NCBI GenBank assembly: GCA_048939625.1
Contig: JBHLPH010000002.1
Coordinates: 1 to 64,000 of the forward strand
Reading direction: 5' to 3'
DNA: 64,000 nt
Origin: Promethearchaeota archaeon
Lineage (GTDB): Archaea; Asgardarchaeota; Hermodarchaeia; Hermodarchaeales; Hermodarchaeaceae
A program made the translations under genes and the position numbers. The notes under the pieces are model-generated. The model saw nothing but the letters and a program-made list of their open reading frames with translations. It was not told the DNA's origin and did not search any database. This document shows, piece after piece, positions 46,354 to 55,716 of the stretch (position 1 is its first letter; every line of letters starts with the position of its first letter).

Positions 46354-48783
46354 TTATTTCAGGAGGTGAAGTTCCCGTCGTTTACGTGTGTCAGGAAAAA
46401 CGACTCTGACTGTCTTGTCATGAGTCTGCCAGAACCAACCTTGAGTTGATTTCTTGAACGAGGTTTCATCAGAGATGGATGCAAGCATTTCTCCATCCAG
46501 CGTAATATGGTTTGGTGGTTGACTGAAGCACCGAAAGATTAAGACATAGATTCGGTTTGCTGGGGTAAAGCTTCCATCAGGCAATTGAATCGTAAAGATA
46601 ACTCCTTGGGGCTCTGTGTAGCACCAGTATTGCGTGGTAACGTAGTCACCATTTTGATAATCGAGGGAGTGATAGTCGTCTTCATAATGGCAGTACTCGA
46701 TTCCATCTTCACAGTCCAGACAAGGATAGATGTCCAACTGAATCTGATTCACGGCTTCATCCGAATGCTGCACCACGGGTTGAAGTGGTAGAATGCATCC
46801 ACGGCGAATAAAAATGGGACAGACCGTTAAGGGAGTTGGAACTGTGATTGTGGTTGGACCACGATAGGTCTCTTGGCTATGGGGATCAAACCAGTCACCC
46901 TCGGGAAGATAGACTTGTCGAGTAGTAAGACCCTGCTGAAGAACCGGTGCCACTAGGACCGAAGGCCCAAGTAAGAATTCGTCTTCGATGCTATGACAGC
47001 GATCATCTGAAGGAAATTCGAGAATAAGTGGCCGCATTATCGGAACGCCCGTTAGTGAGGCATCTCGAGTAATATCATAAAGGTACGGTAATAGCATATA
47101 ACGGAAAGAGATGAACCGTCGGCTGATTTCTTCGACTTCAGACCCGAATTCCCAAGGTTCCTGATTGGGAGTGCCGTTTGCAGTATGGTTGCGACAAAGT
47201 GGACTGAACACCCCTAGCTGGTTCCATCGTGTGAATAATTCGGGTGTTGGCGCCTGATAGAATCCCCCAATGTCACTGCCAATTAAGGGGATTCCAGCCA
47301 TTCCGAGATTCAATAATTGGGGAACTGTTTGTTCAAGATGTTCCCAAGTACTATGATTGTCGTGGGTCCACACAGCAGCATATCTTTGAATTCCCGCCCA
47401 TCCTGCTCGTGAGAGAATCCAAGGACGTGCATTAGGACGACCCTTCAACATCCCAGCATAGGTAGCCTGGGTCATGGCTAGCCCGTAGAGGTTGTGAACT
47501 TCAGCATTAGTGTAGGCGTGTTTTTCATCCGAGTGTATGATTTTAGCCATTTCCTCATATTCGGGTGTAAGAAAGACCTGGGGTTCATTTAGGTCATCCC
47601 AAATCGCTGCAATTCCGAAGTCAAGTAATGGTTTGTGGAGATTCGCCCACCATTCACGCACTTCGGGGTTGAGGAAATTCGGGAAAACAGATTGAGTAGG
47701 CCAAGTGGTTCCAATGAAGAGTTCGCCGTCTTGTTTACGAAGAAAATAATCGTGTTTAATGCCTTCTTGATAGACGGTGTACTGATCATCTACTTTTACA
47801 CCAGGATCGATAATGGTAATCACTTTGAAGCCATCATTCCTCAAATCATCAATCAAGGCTTGGGGGTCTGGGAAGCTCAGGGGATTCCAGGTGAATACTC
47901 GATACTCGTCCATATAGTCGATGTCAATCCATATTCCATCACATGGAATCTTGCGGTTGCGTAGTTCGGAGGCAATTTCTCGGACCCGTTTATCGGGGGT
48001 ATAGCTCCAGCGACATTGGTGATAACCTAGAACCCAACGAGGGGGCAAAGACATCTGGCCGGTTAGTTGACTATAGCTATAGAGGACTTGTTTCGGATCC
48101 GGACCAACGATAAAGTAGTAATCAAGTTCGGTATCATTAGCGGTAATGATGTAGTTTTTGGAATCAGTCGCCCCCATGTCAAAGATAGATTTTGCAGGTG
48201 TGTCCAGATAGATGCCGTAGGCGGTGCCATTTTGAATAGCGATGAAGAAAGGCACACAGGTAGAGAGAGGATCTGAGGTGAGATCATAAATTTGGTAATG
48301 ATTCCACATTTCCATGCGGGTGCCTCGTTTGTCAAAGCGACCCGTTTTGTGTCCGAAACCGTAGAAGTGTGATTTTTCTGAGAGTGTCTTCGAGAGCCGA
48401 ATCTGATTAGCAGAGAACAACATACCTGTCGGGTGACTATCTTCTACAATGGTAATTCCTTGAAGATCTAAGAAGCTAAGCCGACATGGACTCCGATACA
48501 CCTGAATATGCATGGTGGGTGATTGGATTTGCCAGCCTGATTTGGTTTCTTGGATTTCCAAGTGACCCACTATTTCTTTTGAAGGTGGAAGAACAATGAA
48601 GGAGGAAGTTTCCTTGAACGACGTCTGGGAAGTTGCTTGGATACGAAGTACATGTTTGTCATGTAATGATAACCTGAGGATGGCGTTGGTGCATTGAAAC
48701 GTGACAGCGGTTTCGTCGACATCAATCTGGGTAACATCCCCGATGGAAGTGAAAGTTGTTTGGAGTTCTTTATTGTGGGTCAT
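46354..48783 (-). CDS. Glycoside hydrolase family 31 (alpha-glucosidase-like)
   Basis: LGYHQCRWSY, WIDIDYM, WDDLNEP nucleophile motif, WTHDN acid/base motif, GSDIGGF, RNH. Confidence 0.93.
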   Translation of the reverse strand: MTHNKELQTTFTSIGDVTQIDVDETAVTFQCTNAILRLSLHDKHVLRIQATSQTSFKETSSFIVLPPSKEIVGHLEIQETKSGWQIQSPTMHIQVYRSPCRLSFLDLQGITIVEDSHPTGMLFSANQIRLSKTLSEKSHFYGFGHKTGRFDKRGTRMEMWNHYQIYDLTSDPLSTCVPFFIAIQNGTAYGIYLDTPAKSIFDMGATDSKNYIITANDTELDYYFIVGPDPKQVLYSYSQLTGQMSLPPRWVLGYHQCRWSYTPDKRVREIASELRNRKIPCDGIWIDIDYMDEYRVFTWNPLSFPDPQALIDDLRNDGFKVITIIDPGVKVDDQYTVYQEGIKHDYFLRKQDGELFIGTTWPTQSVFPNFLNPEVREWWANLHKPLLDFGIAAIWDDLNEPQVFLTPEYEEMAKIIHSDEKHAYTNAEVHNLYGLAMTQATYAGMLKGRPNARPWILSRAGWAGIQRYAAVWTHDNHSTWEHLEQTVPQLLNLGMAGIPLIGSDIGGFYQAPTPELFTRWNQLGVFSPLCRNHTANGTPNQEPWEFGSEVEEISRRFISFRYMLLPYLYDITRDASLTGVPIMRPLILEFPSDDRCHSIEDEFLLGPSVLVAPVLQQGLTTRQVYLPEGDWFDPHSQETYRGPTTITVPTPLTVCPIFIRRGCILPLQPVVQHSDEAVNQIQLDIYPCLDCEDGIEYCHYEDDYHSLDYQNGDYVTTQYWCYTEPQGVIFTIQLPDGSFTPANRIYVLIFRCFSQPPNHITLDGEMLASISDETSFKKSTQGWFWQTHDKTVRVVFPDTRKRRELHLLK

Positions 48784-49565
48784 TTGTTTTCACTAGCCTC
48801 CATCGATGGGGGCCTTGGGGTGAGGAGTCCATAGTCCTGTATCAATGGTATTTCTGTTCGTGGGAGCAGGCGAAGCAGACTAAATCCCACCGTGATAGAA
48901 AATAGTGTTCCTAGAACGACTTTAGTGGGTGTGATTATCCCTGCGGTGATCCATATCCAGTAGAGGGCATCAGGAGTTAACCCATAAAAAAGCCAATAGG
49001 TCTGCCCGGGAACCAGTACAAATACACGAAATAGGATATCTGCTTCAAGCCCGATAATCGCTGCAAAAAGGAGCAGAAACCATACACTTGTCCAACGATT
49101 CGATGGCCACCAGCTGCGACTCATTAAAATAGAGAACAGAAGAAGAAGCCCAAAGGCAAGTAAAATATCCCAGATTCCGATGATCGGTAAAGTCCAAGAC
49201 ACAGGATACAGGAGATAACCACCCAGCAATATGGCGTATATGACGAGCACTGGTTTCCAGCGTCGTTGAAAAATGAGAGCGGCACATAAGGTTCCGACAC
49301 ACGCGCCTAGCATGAAAACTAGCTCAAAGGGATCTCGAAAATAGATGATGTGCCCAAGCAGACTGCCGAATCCTACTGCGAGGAATCCAAAGAATGGACC
49401 CAGTAATACCCCGATGAGGGGGCCAAACAGAAAAATCCAGGAATCCCAGATGCCCCCATAAAACCCAGGAAGCATGGGGATAACATCGAAGACTGTAATA
49501 AGCGCAATAAACACTGCGAGATAGGCGACTATACGACTCCGGATTTTTCCTATTTCGAGCACCAT
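48780..49565 (-). CDS. Integral membrane protein, ECF S-component-like
   Basis: About 7 TM segments; PLIGVLLGPFFG motif typical of ECF substrate components. Confidence 0.6.
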   Translation of the reverse strand: MVLEIGKIRSRIVAYLAVFIALITVFDVIPMLPGFYGGIWDSWIFLFGPLIGVLLGPFFGFLAVGFGSLLGHIIYFRDPFELVFMLGACVGTLCAALIFQRRWKPVLVIYAILLGGYLLYPVSWTLPIIGIWDILLAFGLLLLFSILMSRSWWPSNRWTSVWFLLLFAAIIGLEADILFRVFVLVPGQTYWLFYGLTPDALYWIWITAGIITPTKVVLGTLFSITVGFSLLRLLPRTEIPLIQDYGLLTPRPPSMEASENK

Positions 49566-49625
49566 ATCGTCCGCTTACCCCTATCTTCGTGATTTAAGCT
49601 CTCGTCTCATTCTAGCGACTGATTG

Positions 49626-50354
49626 TTAAAGCACTTGCCGAGCAAATTGAAGCGATAGTTTGATTTCACGCTGCCCATCTTTCATCGCAATGCCCATGTG
49701 CCCGGGAAGCAGCATCTCAACGGGCAAACTTGCTAGACGTTCAATGGATTCTTTGAGAATCTGTCCGTTTCCTGTGGGAAAGTCGACTCTACCAAAGGAC
49801 CCATGACGAAATACCACATCCCCTGAAATCAACAACTTGTGTTTCGGTTCAAAGAAGCATAAACTGCCAGCACTATGTCCAGGCGTGAGCAATACTTCGA
49901 AGGAATATTGTCCGACTTCGATTTTATCCCCTTCGTGGAGTTTCTTGGCAACTGGGATTGGGGGCAGGCGTTGTCCCAACATACTCCCCAAAACAATAGT
50001 GTCATCGCCTTTCTCCAGAAGCGTTCCCTCCTCTTCTGACACCCACACTTTAAGATCTTTTAGTCGTCCTTTAAATTCGGGAACTGACCCTGAATGATCT
50101 AAATGTGTATGCGTCAAAATGAGCCGGTCCATCTGTTTGAGATCCAATCCTAACTCGTTAATCGCCTCAACGGTATCTTTGAAAAAATGATGAATTCCAG
50201 CATCAAATAACACAAACTGATCTCCATCTTTAACTAAGAAGATATTACTATCCGGTAGCATTCCTTCCCGCGCCATAATCCAATAAAAATCATCCAAGAC
50301 TTTTTGAACTGTTTTTGCAGCCATCGCGATTAACACCACTGAGGTATGCATCAA
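49626..50354 (-). CDS. MBL-fold metallo-hydrolase (glyoxalase II-like)
   Basis: THTHLDH, TPGHSAGS, SGD, LPGH; the true start may be the downstream Met of MAAK. Confidence 0.9.
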   Translation of the reverse strand: MMHTSVVLIAMAAKTVQKVLDDFYWIMAREGMLPDSNIFLVKDGDQFVLFDAGIHHFFKDTVEAINELGLDLKQMDRLILTHTHLDHSGSVPEFKGRLKDLKVWVSEEEGTLLEKGDDTIVLGSMLGQRLPPIPVAKKLHEGDKIEVGQYSFEVLLTPGHSAGSLCFFEPKHKLLISGDVVFRHGSFGRVDFPTGNGQILKESIERLASLPVEMLLPGHMGIAMKDGQREIKLSLQFARQVL

Positions 50355-50464
50355 GAAGTTGATTATTTCAGCTAGCGTTCCGTCTGCTGACCTTCATCAA
50401 AAGCTTTTGCCACTTGCCTCCTTGTCTTCGTCTTTAAATCCCCCGATAATATCCAGACCTAGAA

Positions 50465-50623
50465 CCAGATGATATGCAGATACATACCAAAGGAGTACCC
50501 ACCCTTATACTCAAATCTGCGACAAGAACTGATGAGCTCTCCCAGATCCAAAACGGATCGTGAAGAGACTAACCTCTCTTCGTCCCAGTCCTTAAGGCCC
50601 GCAAGGGCCTTAACCTCTTTTTT
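50465..50623 (+). ncRNA. Candidate structured non-coding RNA (strand uncertain)
   Basis: Intergenic run of nested and adjacent stems: GCAGAT/ATCTGC, GAGTA/TACTC, GATCC/GGATC, GAAGAGA/TCTCTTC, TTAAGGCCC/GGGCCTTAA; TTTAAA at 50433-50438. Confidence 0.35.
50592..50623 (+). terminator. Perfect 9-bp hairpin with GCAA tetraloop followed by a T-tract
   Basis: TTAAGGCCC-GCAA-GGGCCTTAA (50592-50613), then CCTC and TTTTTT (50618-50623). Confidence 0.55.
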
Positions 50624-50632
50624 GCGCGAATC

Positions 50633-51205
50633 TTATCGTTCAGCAAACCGCTGTTCAAGCCACGGATCTGCGCCTTGATGATAACCCCGTTTCTCCCAAA
50701 AGCCCAGTACAGCTTCTGTTAGAAAACTGATTCGCCGCACCCATTTCACACTTTTCCAAGCATAAAGCCGTGGAACAACGAGGCGAAGGGGCCAGCCGTC
50801 TTCAATGCGGAGTGGCTCATCATTACGGTTCCAAGCCAAGATTACGTCATCTTCCATCGCAACTTCCAAATTGATGCCTGATGTGTACTCGTGTTCCGCG
50901 TAAAAGAGAACAAATGTTGCTGAAGGTTTTGGCTTCACAATTTTAGTAATTTCTTTGAAAAGCACACCTTCCCACTTATTATCAGGCACCGACCAGGTCT
51001 CAACGCAATGGAAATCACTGAGCTGGGTTGTCACGGGAAGGGTCTTTAGTTCCTCGTAGGAGAAGGTATGGGGGTTTTTGACTTCACCATTGACGGTGAG
51101 AGTCCAAGTTTCGGGATTGAAGGGTTCTGGCATGCGTTCGGCAGTGCGGACAGGAAATCCGGTAATCCATCGTTGACCGGGTGGGAGGCGGGGTTTCCGT
51201 GACAT
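50633..51205 (-). CDS. Sulfite oxidase-like molybdopterin-binding oxidoreductase (YuiH/MsrP-like)
   Basis: RLPPGQ, DFHCVETWS, GWPLRLVVP, YAWKSVKW, GFWEKRGYH. Confidence 0.92.
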   Translation of the reverse strand: MSRKPRLPPGQRWITGFPVRTAERMPEPFNPETWTLTVNGEVKNPHTFSYEELKTLPVTTQLSDFHCVETWSVPDNKWEGVLFKEITKIVKPKPSATFVLFYAEHEYTSGINLEVAMEDDVILAWNRNDEPLRIEDGWPLRLVVPRLYAWKSVKWVRRISFLTEAVLGFWEKRGYHQGADPWLEQRFAER

Positions 51206-51354
51206 GGACGTGACCTCGGTAGATGTCTCGCACGGTTAGAGTTCATATAACCTTCGGATTATCCTTTGACTCTTCTATATTGAGTGGAGATGCCGCATTG
51301 AGTAGGAATAAAAAGTCTGCTGTCAGGATTCAAAGAGTTCTGGAGGCTTCACAT

Positions 51355-51585
51355 ATGAGAAGTTACTTGACAATATATGTGAGTAGCGAGGGTGCAGCGC
51401 CTAGCGAAGTCGTTGAGCGACTCATGCGGATGGGGTTTCAGCCTGTGGCAGGAAATTACGATTTTGTTATCGAGTGGGATGAGAACGGCACGGTGCAGGA
51501 TATGATTGAGGTGGCGAATCAGGTCCATGCTACGCTGAAGGGCTGCAAGGTTATTTTCAAGATGGAATCAGTCCCGTCGAAGTGA
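51355..51585 (+). CDS. Small hypothetical protein (76 aa, MRSYLTIY...)
   Basis: ATG at 51355 follows a GGAGG SD; SSEGAAPSEV and GF-P--G-YDF pattern; the longer 51223 start is unlikely. Confidence 0.7.
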   Translation: MRSYLTIYVSSEGAAPSEVVERLMRMGFQPVAGNYDFVIEWDENGTVQDMIEVANQVHATLKGCKVIFKMESVPSK

Positions 51586-51600
51586 GATTTAAGACCTTCA

Positions 51601-52710
51601 TTATTCGATGACTTTCCTGAGGAACTTACCGTTTTTGTAGAAGAGCTCATTATCCGCAAAGATCTTCCCGTCTTTAGTCATATCCGCGAGAATATCCCAA
51701 TGAATGGCTGATTCGTTTTTGCCACCACTTTCCTCAAAGCCATTACCAAGAGCGCAGTGGATTGTTCCAGTGAGTTTCTCATCGAAGAGAATGTTTTTCG
51801 TGAACTTTGTGATGCCAGGATTCGTTCCAATTGCGATTTCACCGAGTCGCTTCGCTCCATCATCAATACTCAGTATGTGATCGAGCAGGTCTTGTCCCTC
51901 CTCGGCAGTGGCTTTGGTGACTACTCCCTTCTCGAAGGTAAGGGTAATGTCTTCGACTTCTTTTCCCATGAAAATACCTGGATACGAAAACCGGATGGTG
52001 CCTTCGACACTATCTTCGATAGGAGATGTGAATACCTCGCCATCGGGCATATTCAAGTGTCCGTCGGCGTTGACCCAATTTCGACCAGTGACTTTGGCTG
52101 TGAGGTCGACGTCGCTACTTTCGAAGCGGATCGTGTTCTTGGTGTTGAGATAATTGGTGATTTTGGCTTGTTTTTTACTTAGTTGTTGCCAGAGTTTCAC
52201 AGGGTTAGGTTTGTCCACGAGGCACGCTTTGTAGACAAATTCTTCGTATTCCTCAGTGCCCATGTTACCCTCTTGAGCCAGGCTGGATGAGGGGTAGGGA
52301 ACGAGGGCGTACCAACCCTGTTTGAGTCGAGCAGTAAATCGTTTGTGGATTTCAGTTTGCGCTTTTGCTGCACGAGCTTGTTTTGCTGGGTCAACGTTAG
52401 CCATCGCTTTTCGGTTATCAGATGAGAAGACGACGAGGTAACTGTCGAGTTTGTCAATCATTTCGAGGATTATTGGATTAACGTAATCGAGTTGGTGGTC
52501 TTGGGCATATTTGAAAAAGATTTCTTGCGCACGGGGAAGATAAATCCTAGTAAAGGGGTGACCGCCAGCTTTCATGATTTCCCGGGATAATTCGAGGACT
52601 AAGGGTTCAGCAAAAGCAGGGGCGCTCACTCCGACTAAATCACCTTTTTTGACGCCGAGTGAGTATTCAACGGTGAGTTGAGCTAATCGTGAAATACGCT
52701 CATCAACCAT
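51601..52710 (-). CDS. Aminopeptidase, M29 family (AmpS/AmpT-like)
   Basis: NMPDGEVFTSP, LGEIAIGTN, ILFDEK, HCALG, NESAIHWD; MVDERI start at 52710. Confidence 0.92.
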   Translation of the reverse strand: MVDERISRLAQLTVEYSLGVKKGDLVGVSAPAFAEPLVLELSREIMKAGGHPFTRIYLPRAQEIFFKYAQDHQLDYVNPIILEMIDKLDSYLVVFSSDNRKAMANVDPAKQARAAKAQTEIHKRFTARLKQGWYALVPYPSSSLAQEGNMGTEEYEEFVYKACLVDKPNPVKLWQQLSKKQAKITNYLNTKNTIRFESSDVDLTAKVTGRNWVNADGHLNMPDGEVFTSPIEDSVEGTIRFSYPGIFMGKEVEDITLTFEKGVVTKATAEEGQDLLDHILSIDDGAKRLGEIAIGTNPGITKFTKNILFDEKLTGTIHCALGNGFEESGGKNESAIHWDILADMTKDGKIFADNELFYKNGKFLRKVIE

Positions 52711-52783
52711 AGTATGTTCACCTTGAAGGTGGTCGTGAATATGCGATGTTAATTGGAAAAAGGTTTGCATTAGAACCATACGC

Positions 52784-55657
52784 TTAGAAGGAGATACCAC
52801 GGTTTTGGCAAATCCATTTGACACCTTCCATTCCAAAAATAGCAGGAGCTGCCAGAAGGAAGGCAACTACCCAGTCAACGGCCGTTAGCGGTATGAATCT
52901 GAAGTCGATGCCAAAGGTGGCAAGGAGTAGATTAGCATCAGGGATATACATCACTCCAGCGAACATGAGAAACACAAGTCCGATCAGGAGATAAACAAGC
53001 CAGAAACTTTCAAAGCGGATTGAGCGCCACATGGATTGGTTAATTCGCCGTATACTGAGAACCATGAGTGATTCCGCAAAAAGGAGGACCGCGATAGTCA
53101 TGGTGAGACCTTTATAAAAAGCCTCAGGGCTGTATGGTTCAAGAAAATTACTGCCAGGAAGCATTGCAGTAGTAGTGAAATAGTAGGCAATAGCGGATCC
53201 AATGAATATCAGAAAAGCGTTGAGGAGAAGATAGAAGCCAAGGCGTCGTGTGATGATTGATTCGGTGTCCCGTGGTTTTTCTTCCATTACGTATTTTGCT
53301 GTCTTGTCGAATACTAATGCTAGTCCAGGCCATGAGTGACTTGAAATGGTCAGAAAGATATGTTGGGGTGGAGTAAGGAAAGGGATCCCTAGTATGAAGG
53401 TACCGAAGAAGAGAATGGATTCTCCGACATTAATGCAGATATAGAAGAAAATCATCATCCGTATTTTATTAAACAGCCCCCGACCTTGTCTGACGCCTTC
53501 AACAATGGATGTGTAGCTATCATCAGCGATAATCATATCAGAGGCTTCTTTTGCCACATCTGTCCCCGTGATTCCCATTGCAATTCCAACATCACTCATA
53601 CTCAAAGCTAAGGCATCGTTAACGCCATCACCAGTAACAGCGACGGCGCGTTTGGCATTTTTATGGCGTTCAACAATGAGTTGTTTATCTTCGGGATCAA
53701 CTCGGGCAAAAACGCTGATGCGATTGAATTGATCATCGGGAACGTTTGCAATATCTTTACCTTCGATGACTAAATCATCTTTTTCAACAATTGCTAATTG
53801 GCGTCCAATGGTTTCTGCCGTTGCTGCAGCATCTCCAGTTATCATAACGGTTTTGATGCCTGCATTTGCTACTTCGACTACAGCCTCCCGTACACCTTCA
53901 CGGGGTGGATCAACAATACATACGAATCCAACAAAAGTCAGGTTCTTTTCAATGCGTTCTCTAAGGGTTTTCTCACTGCCAGCAGGTAATGTATCGAACC
54001 GACGAACAGCAAAAGAGAGGACGCGATATCCTCCGGCAGCGAATTCGTTGGCAAATTGTTCGATTTCTTTACCTCGTTTCTTAGTAAGCCGTTGAGCTTG
54101 ATGGTCATCACCAATCTGATTACACCGTGGAATCAACACATCTGTGGCACCTTTTACGAAGGCAATGTAACCACCTTCTGGGTGAGAGAACATGCGTGTC
54201 ATCCGTTTCAATCGAGAATCAAAGGGGTAATCTTGTTCTAAGGTGTATGCAGCACGGAGTGAAGTTTCGTCTATACCACTTTTACCAAGTAAAACGAGAA
54301 GAGCCGCTTCAGTTGGATCTCCGATGGCTCGCCACCGCAAGGCCCCGCCTTCAGTTGCTTTATCTTCAACAAGTTGGGCGTCATTATTCAGACTCCCAGC
54401 ACGAATCAAAAGTGCAAGTTGGTCATAGCTTTCAATTTCGATTGAGCTTGCTGAAATGATTTCAGATTTCGTATTTGGGCTATTAACTAGAAGAATTTTA
54501 CCCCGTGGTTCAAAACCTTCACCAGTTACCTGGAAAAGATTGGCTGCATCCCAAATGAAACTAACCATCATCTCGCTCCGAGTGAGAGTGCCAGTTTTAT
54601 CAGTGCAGAGAACACTGACTCGACCGAGGCTTTCAACAGCAGAAAGGTTACTAACAATGACCCCAACCCCTGCCATAGCTAAAACTCCAGTGAGTAAGAC
54701 AATGGTTGTGAGTAGTGGGATGTTGATTGGCATTACAGTCATTGCATTAATTATTGCTTCGACGGCTACTTCAGGTGGTGTAAGAATAACACCATCTATT
54801 GGACGTGGAAAGAGAATATAGGAAACAAAACCAACAATTCCAAGGAAAATGGCTACACTGCCTAAGTAGATTGCAAGTCGGTTAACTTTTCGACGGAGTG
54901 GAATATCGCCGGTGTTGAGCGTTTCCAATCCCTGACTGATGTCTCCAATTTCTGTTGCTTCGCCAGTTCCAGTGACAAGGTACCGTCCTGAGCCTGTTGC
55001 GATATAGGTTCCACTGTATACCATGGTGTGACGCTCATGAAGGGGAGTGTCTTCATCAAGTGGTGACTGGGATGCAGTCTTGAGTACGGGTGCACTCTCG
55101 CCGGTGAGTGAGGCTTCTACTGTCGTAAGTTGGTTCGCATCTAACAAACGTCCATCTGCAGGTATTCGGTCACCTTGTGCCAATACAACAATATCGCCAG
55201 GTACAACTTCACTTGTAGAAATTTCAGTTTTCAATCCTTCTCGGATAACCATACTGGTATCCGCGGTAAGTGATTGGAGGGCTTCTAATTGTTTCTGGGC
55301 ACGAAATTGCTGAATGATTGCCAAGAGTGCATTAAAGGCGATGACGACAATCCAGATAATTACATTGGAGGTACCTGGTGTGTCGAAGAAGATGACGATA
55401 GACGCTAGAAGAACAATGACTATCAGATAAATGAGAATGAGCCCATTAAGAATTGGCGCAAGATAAACACGCCAGAATGACCCACTAATTTTAGGAAGTT
55501 GATTAGGACCGTAAATATTCAACCGCCGTTGGGCTTCTCTGCTCATGAGTCCATGGTCCAAATCGGTTTCGAGTTGTTGGGCTAATTTGGATACGGATTG
55601 ACTATGTCCATTGCGAATCGGTTCAATGTCTGGGTTAGTCTCTCCGCTGGAAGACAT
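52784..55657 (-). CDS. P-type ATPase, P2A-like scaffold with non-canonical membrane site
   Basis: PADGR, TGES, DKTGT, GDPTE, KGA, DPPR, TGD, GDGVND; TM4 reads PINIP. Confidence 0.92.
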   Translation of the reverse strand: MSSSGETNPDIEPIRNGHSQSVSKLAQQLETDLDHGLMSREAQRRLNIYGPNQLPKISGSFWRVYLAPILNGLILIYLIVIVLLASIVIFFDTPGTSNVIIWIVVIAFNALLAIIQQFRAQKQLEALQSLTADTSMVIREGLKTEISTSEVVPGDIVVLAQGDRIPADGRLLDANQLTTVEASLTGESAPVLKTASQSPLDEDTPLHERHTMVYSGTYIATGSGRYLVTGTGEATEIGDISQGLETLNTGDIPLRRKVNRLAIYLGSVAIFLGIVGFVSYILFPRPIDGVILTPPEVAVEAIINAMTVMPINIPLLTTIVLLTGVLAMAGVGVIVSNLSAVESLGRVSVLCTDKTGTLTRSEMMVSFIWDAANLFQVTGEGFEPRGKILLVNSPNTKSEIISASSIEIESYDQLALLIRAGSLNNDAQLVEDKATEGGALRWRAIGDPTEAALLVLLGKSGIDETSLRAAYTLEQDYPFDSRLKRMTRMFSHPEGGYIAFVKGATDVLIPRCNQIGDDHQAQRLTKKRGKEIEQFANEFAAGGYRVLSFAVRRFDTLPAGSEKTLRERIEKNLTFVGFVCIVDPPREGVREAVVEVANAGIKTVMITGDAAATAETIGRQLAIVEKDDLVIEGKDIANVPDDQFNRISVFARVDPEDKQLIVERHKNAKRAVAVTGDGVNDALALSMSDVGIAMGITGTDVAKEASDMIIADDSYTSIVEGVRQGRGLFNKIRMMIFFYICINVGESILFFGTFILGIPFLTPPQHIFLTISSHSWPGLALVFDKTAKYVMEEKPRDTESIITRRLGFYLLLNAFLIFIGSAIAYYFTTTAMLPGSNFLEPYSPEAFYKGLTMTIAVLLFAESLMVLSIRRINQSMWRSIRFESFWLVYLLIGLVFLMFAGVMYIPDANLLLATFGIDFRFIPLTAVDWVVAFLLAAPAIFGMEGVKWICQNRGISF

Positions 55658-55716
55658 CCGGCGTCCCTATTGGGGCTTGTGCGAATATTGCTTAAAAGTG
55701 AATTGCGGTTCGCGGT

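Noticed and set aside
50521-50590. Hammerhead ribozyme or fluoride riboswitch suggested by CTGATGAG
   Set aside because: No GAAA after a closing stem II and no matching stem I/III; the crcB 5' pseudoknot segment is not recognisable
52711-52866. N-terminal extension of the 421-aa aminopeptidase ORF
   Set aside because: It overlaps the ATPase 3' end; the family-like sequence begins at MVDERI (52710)
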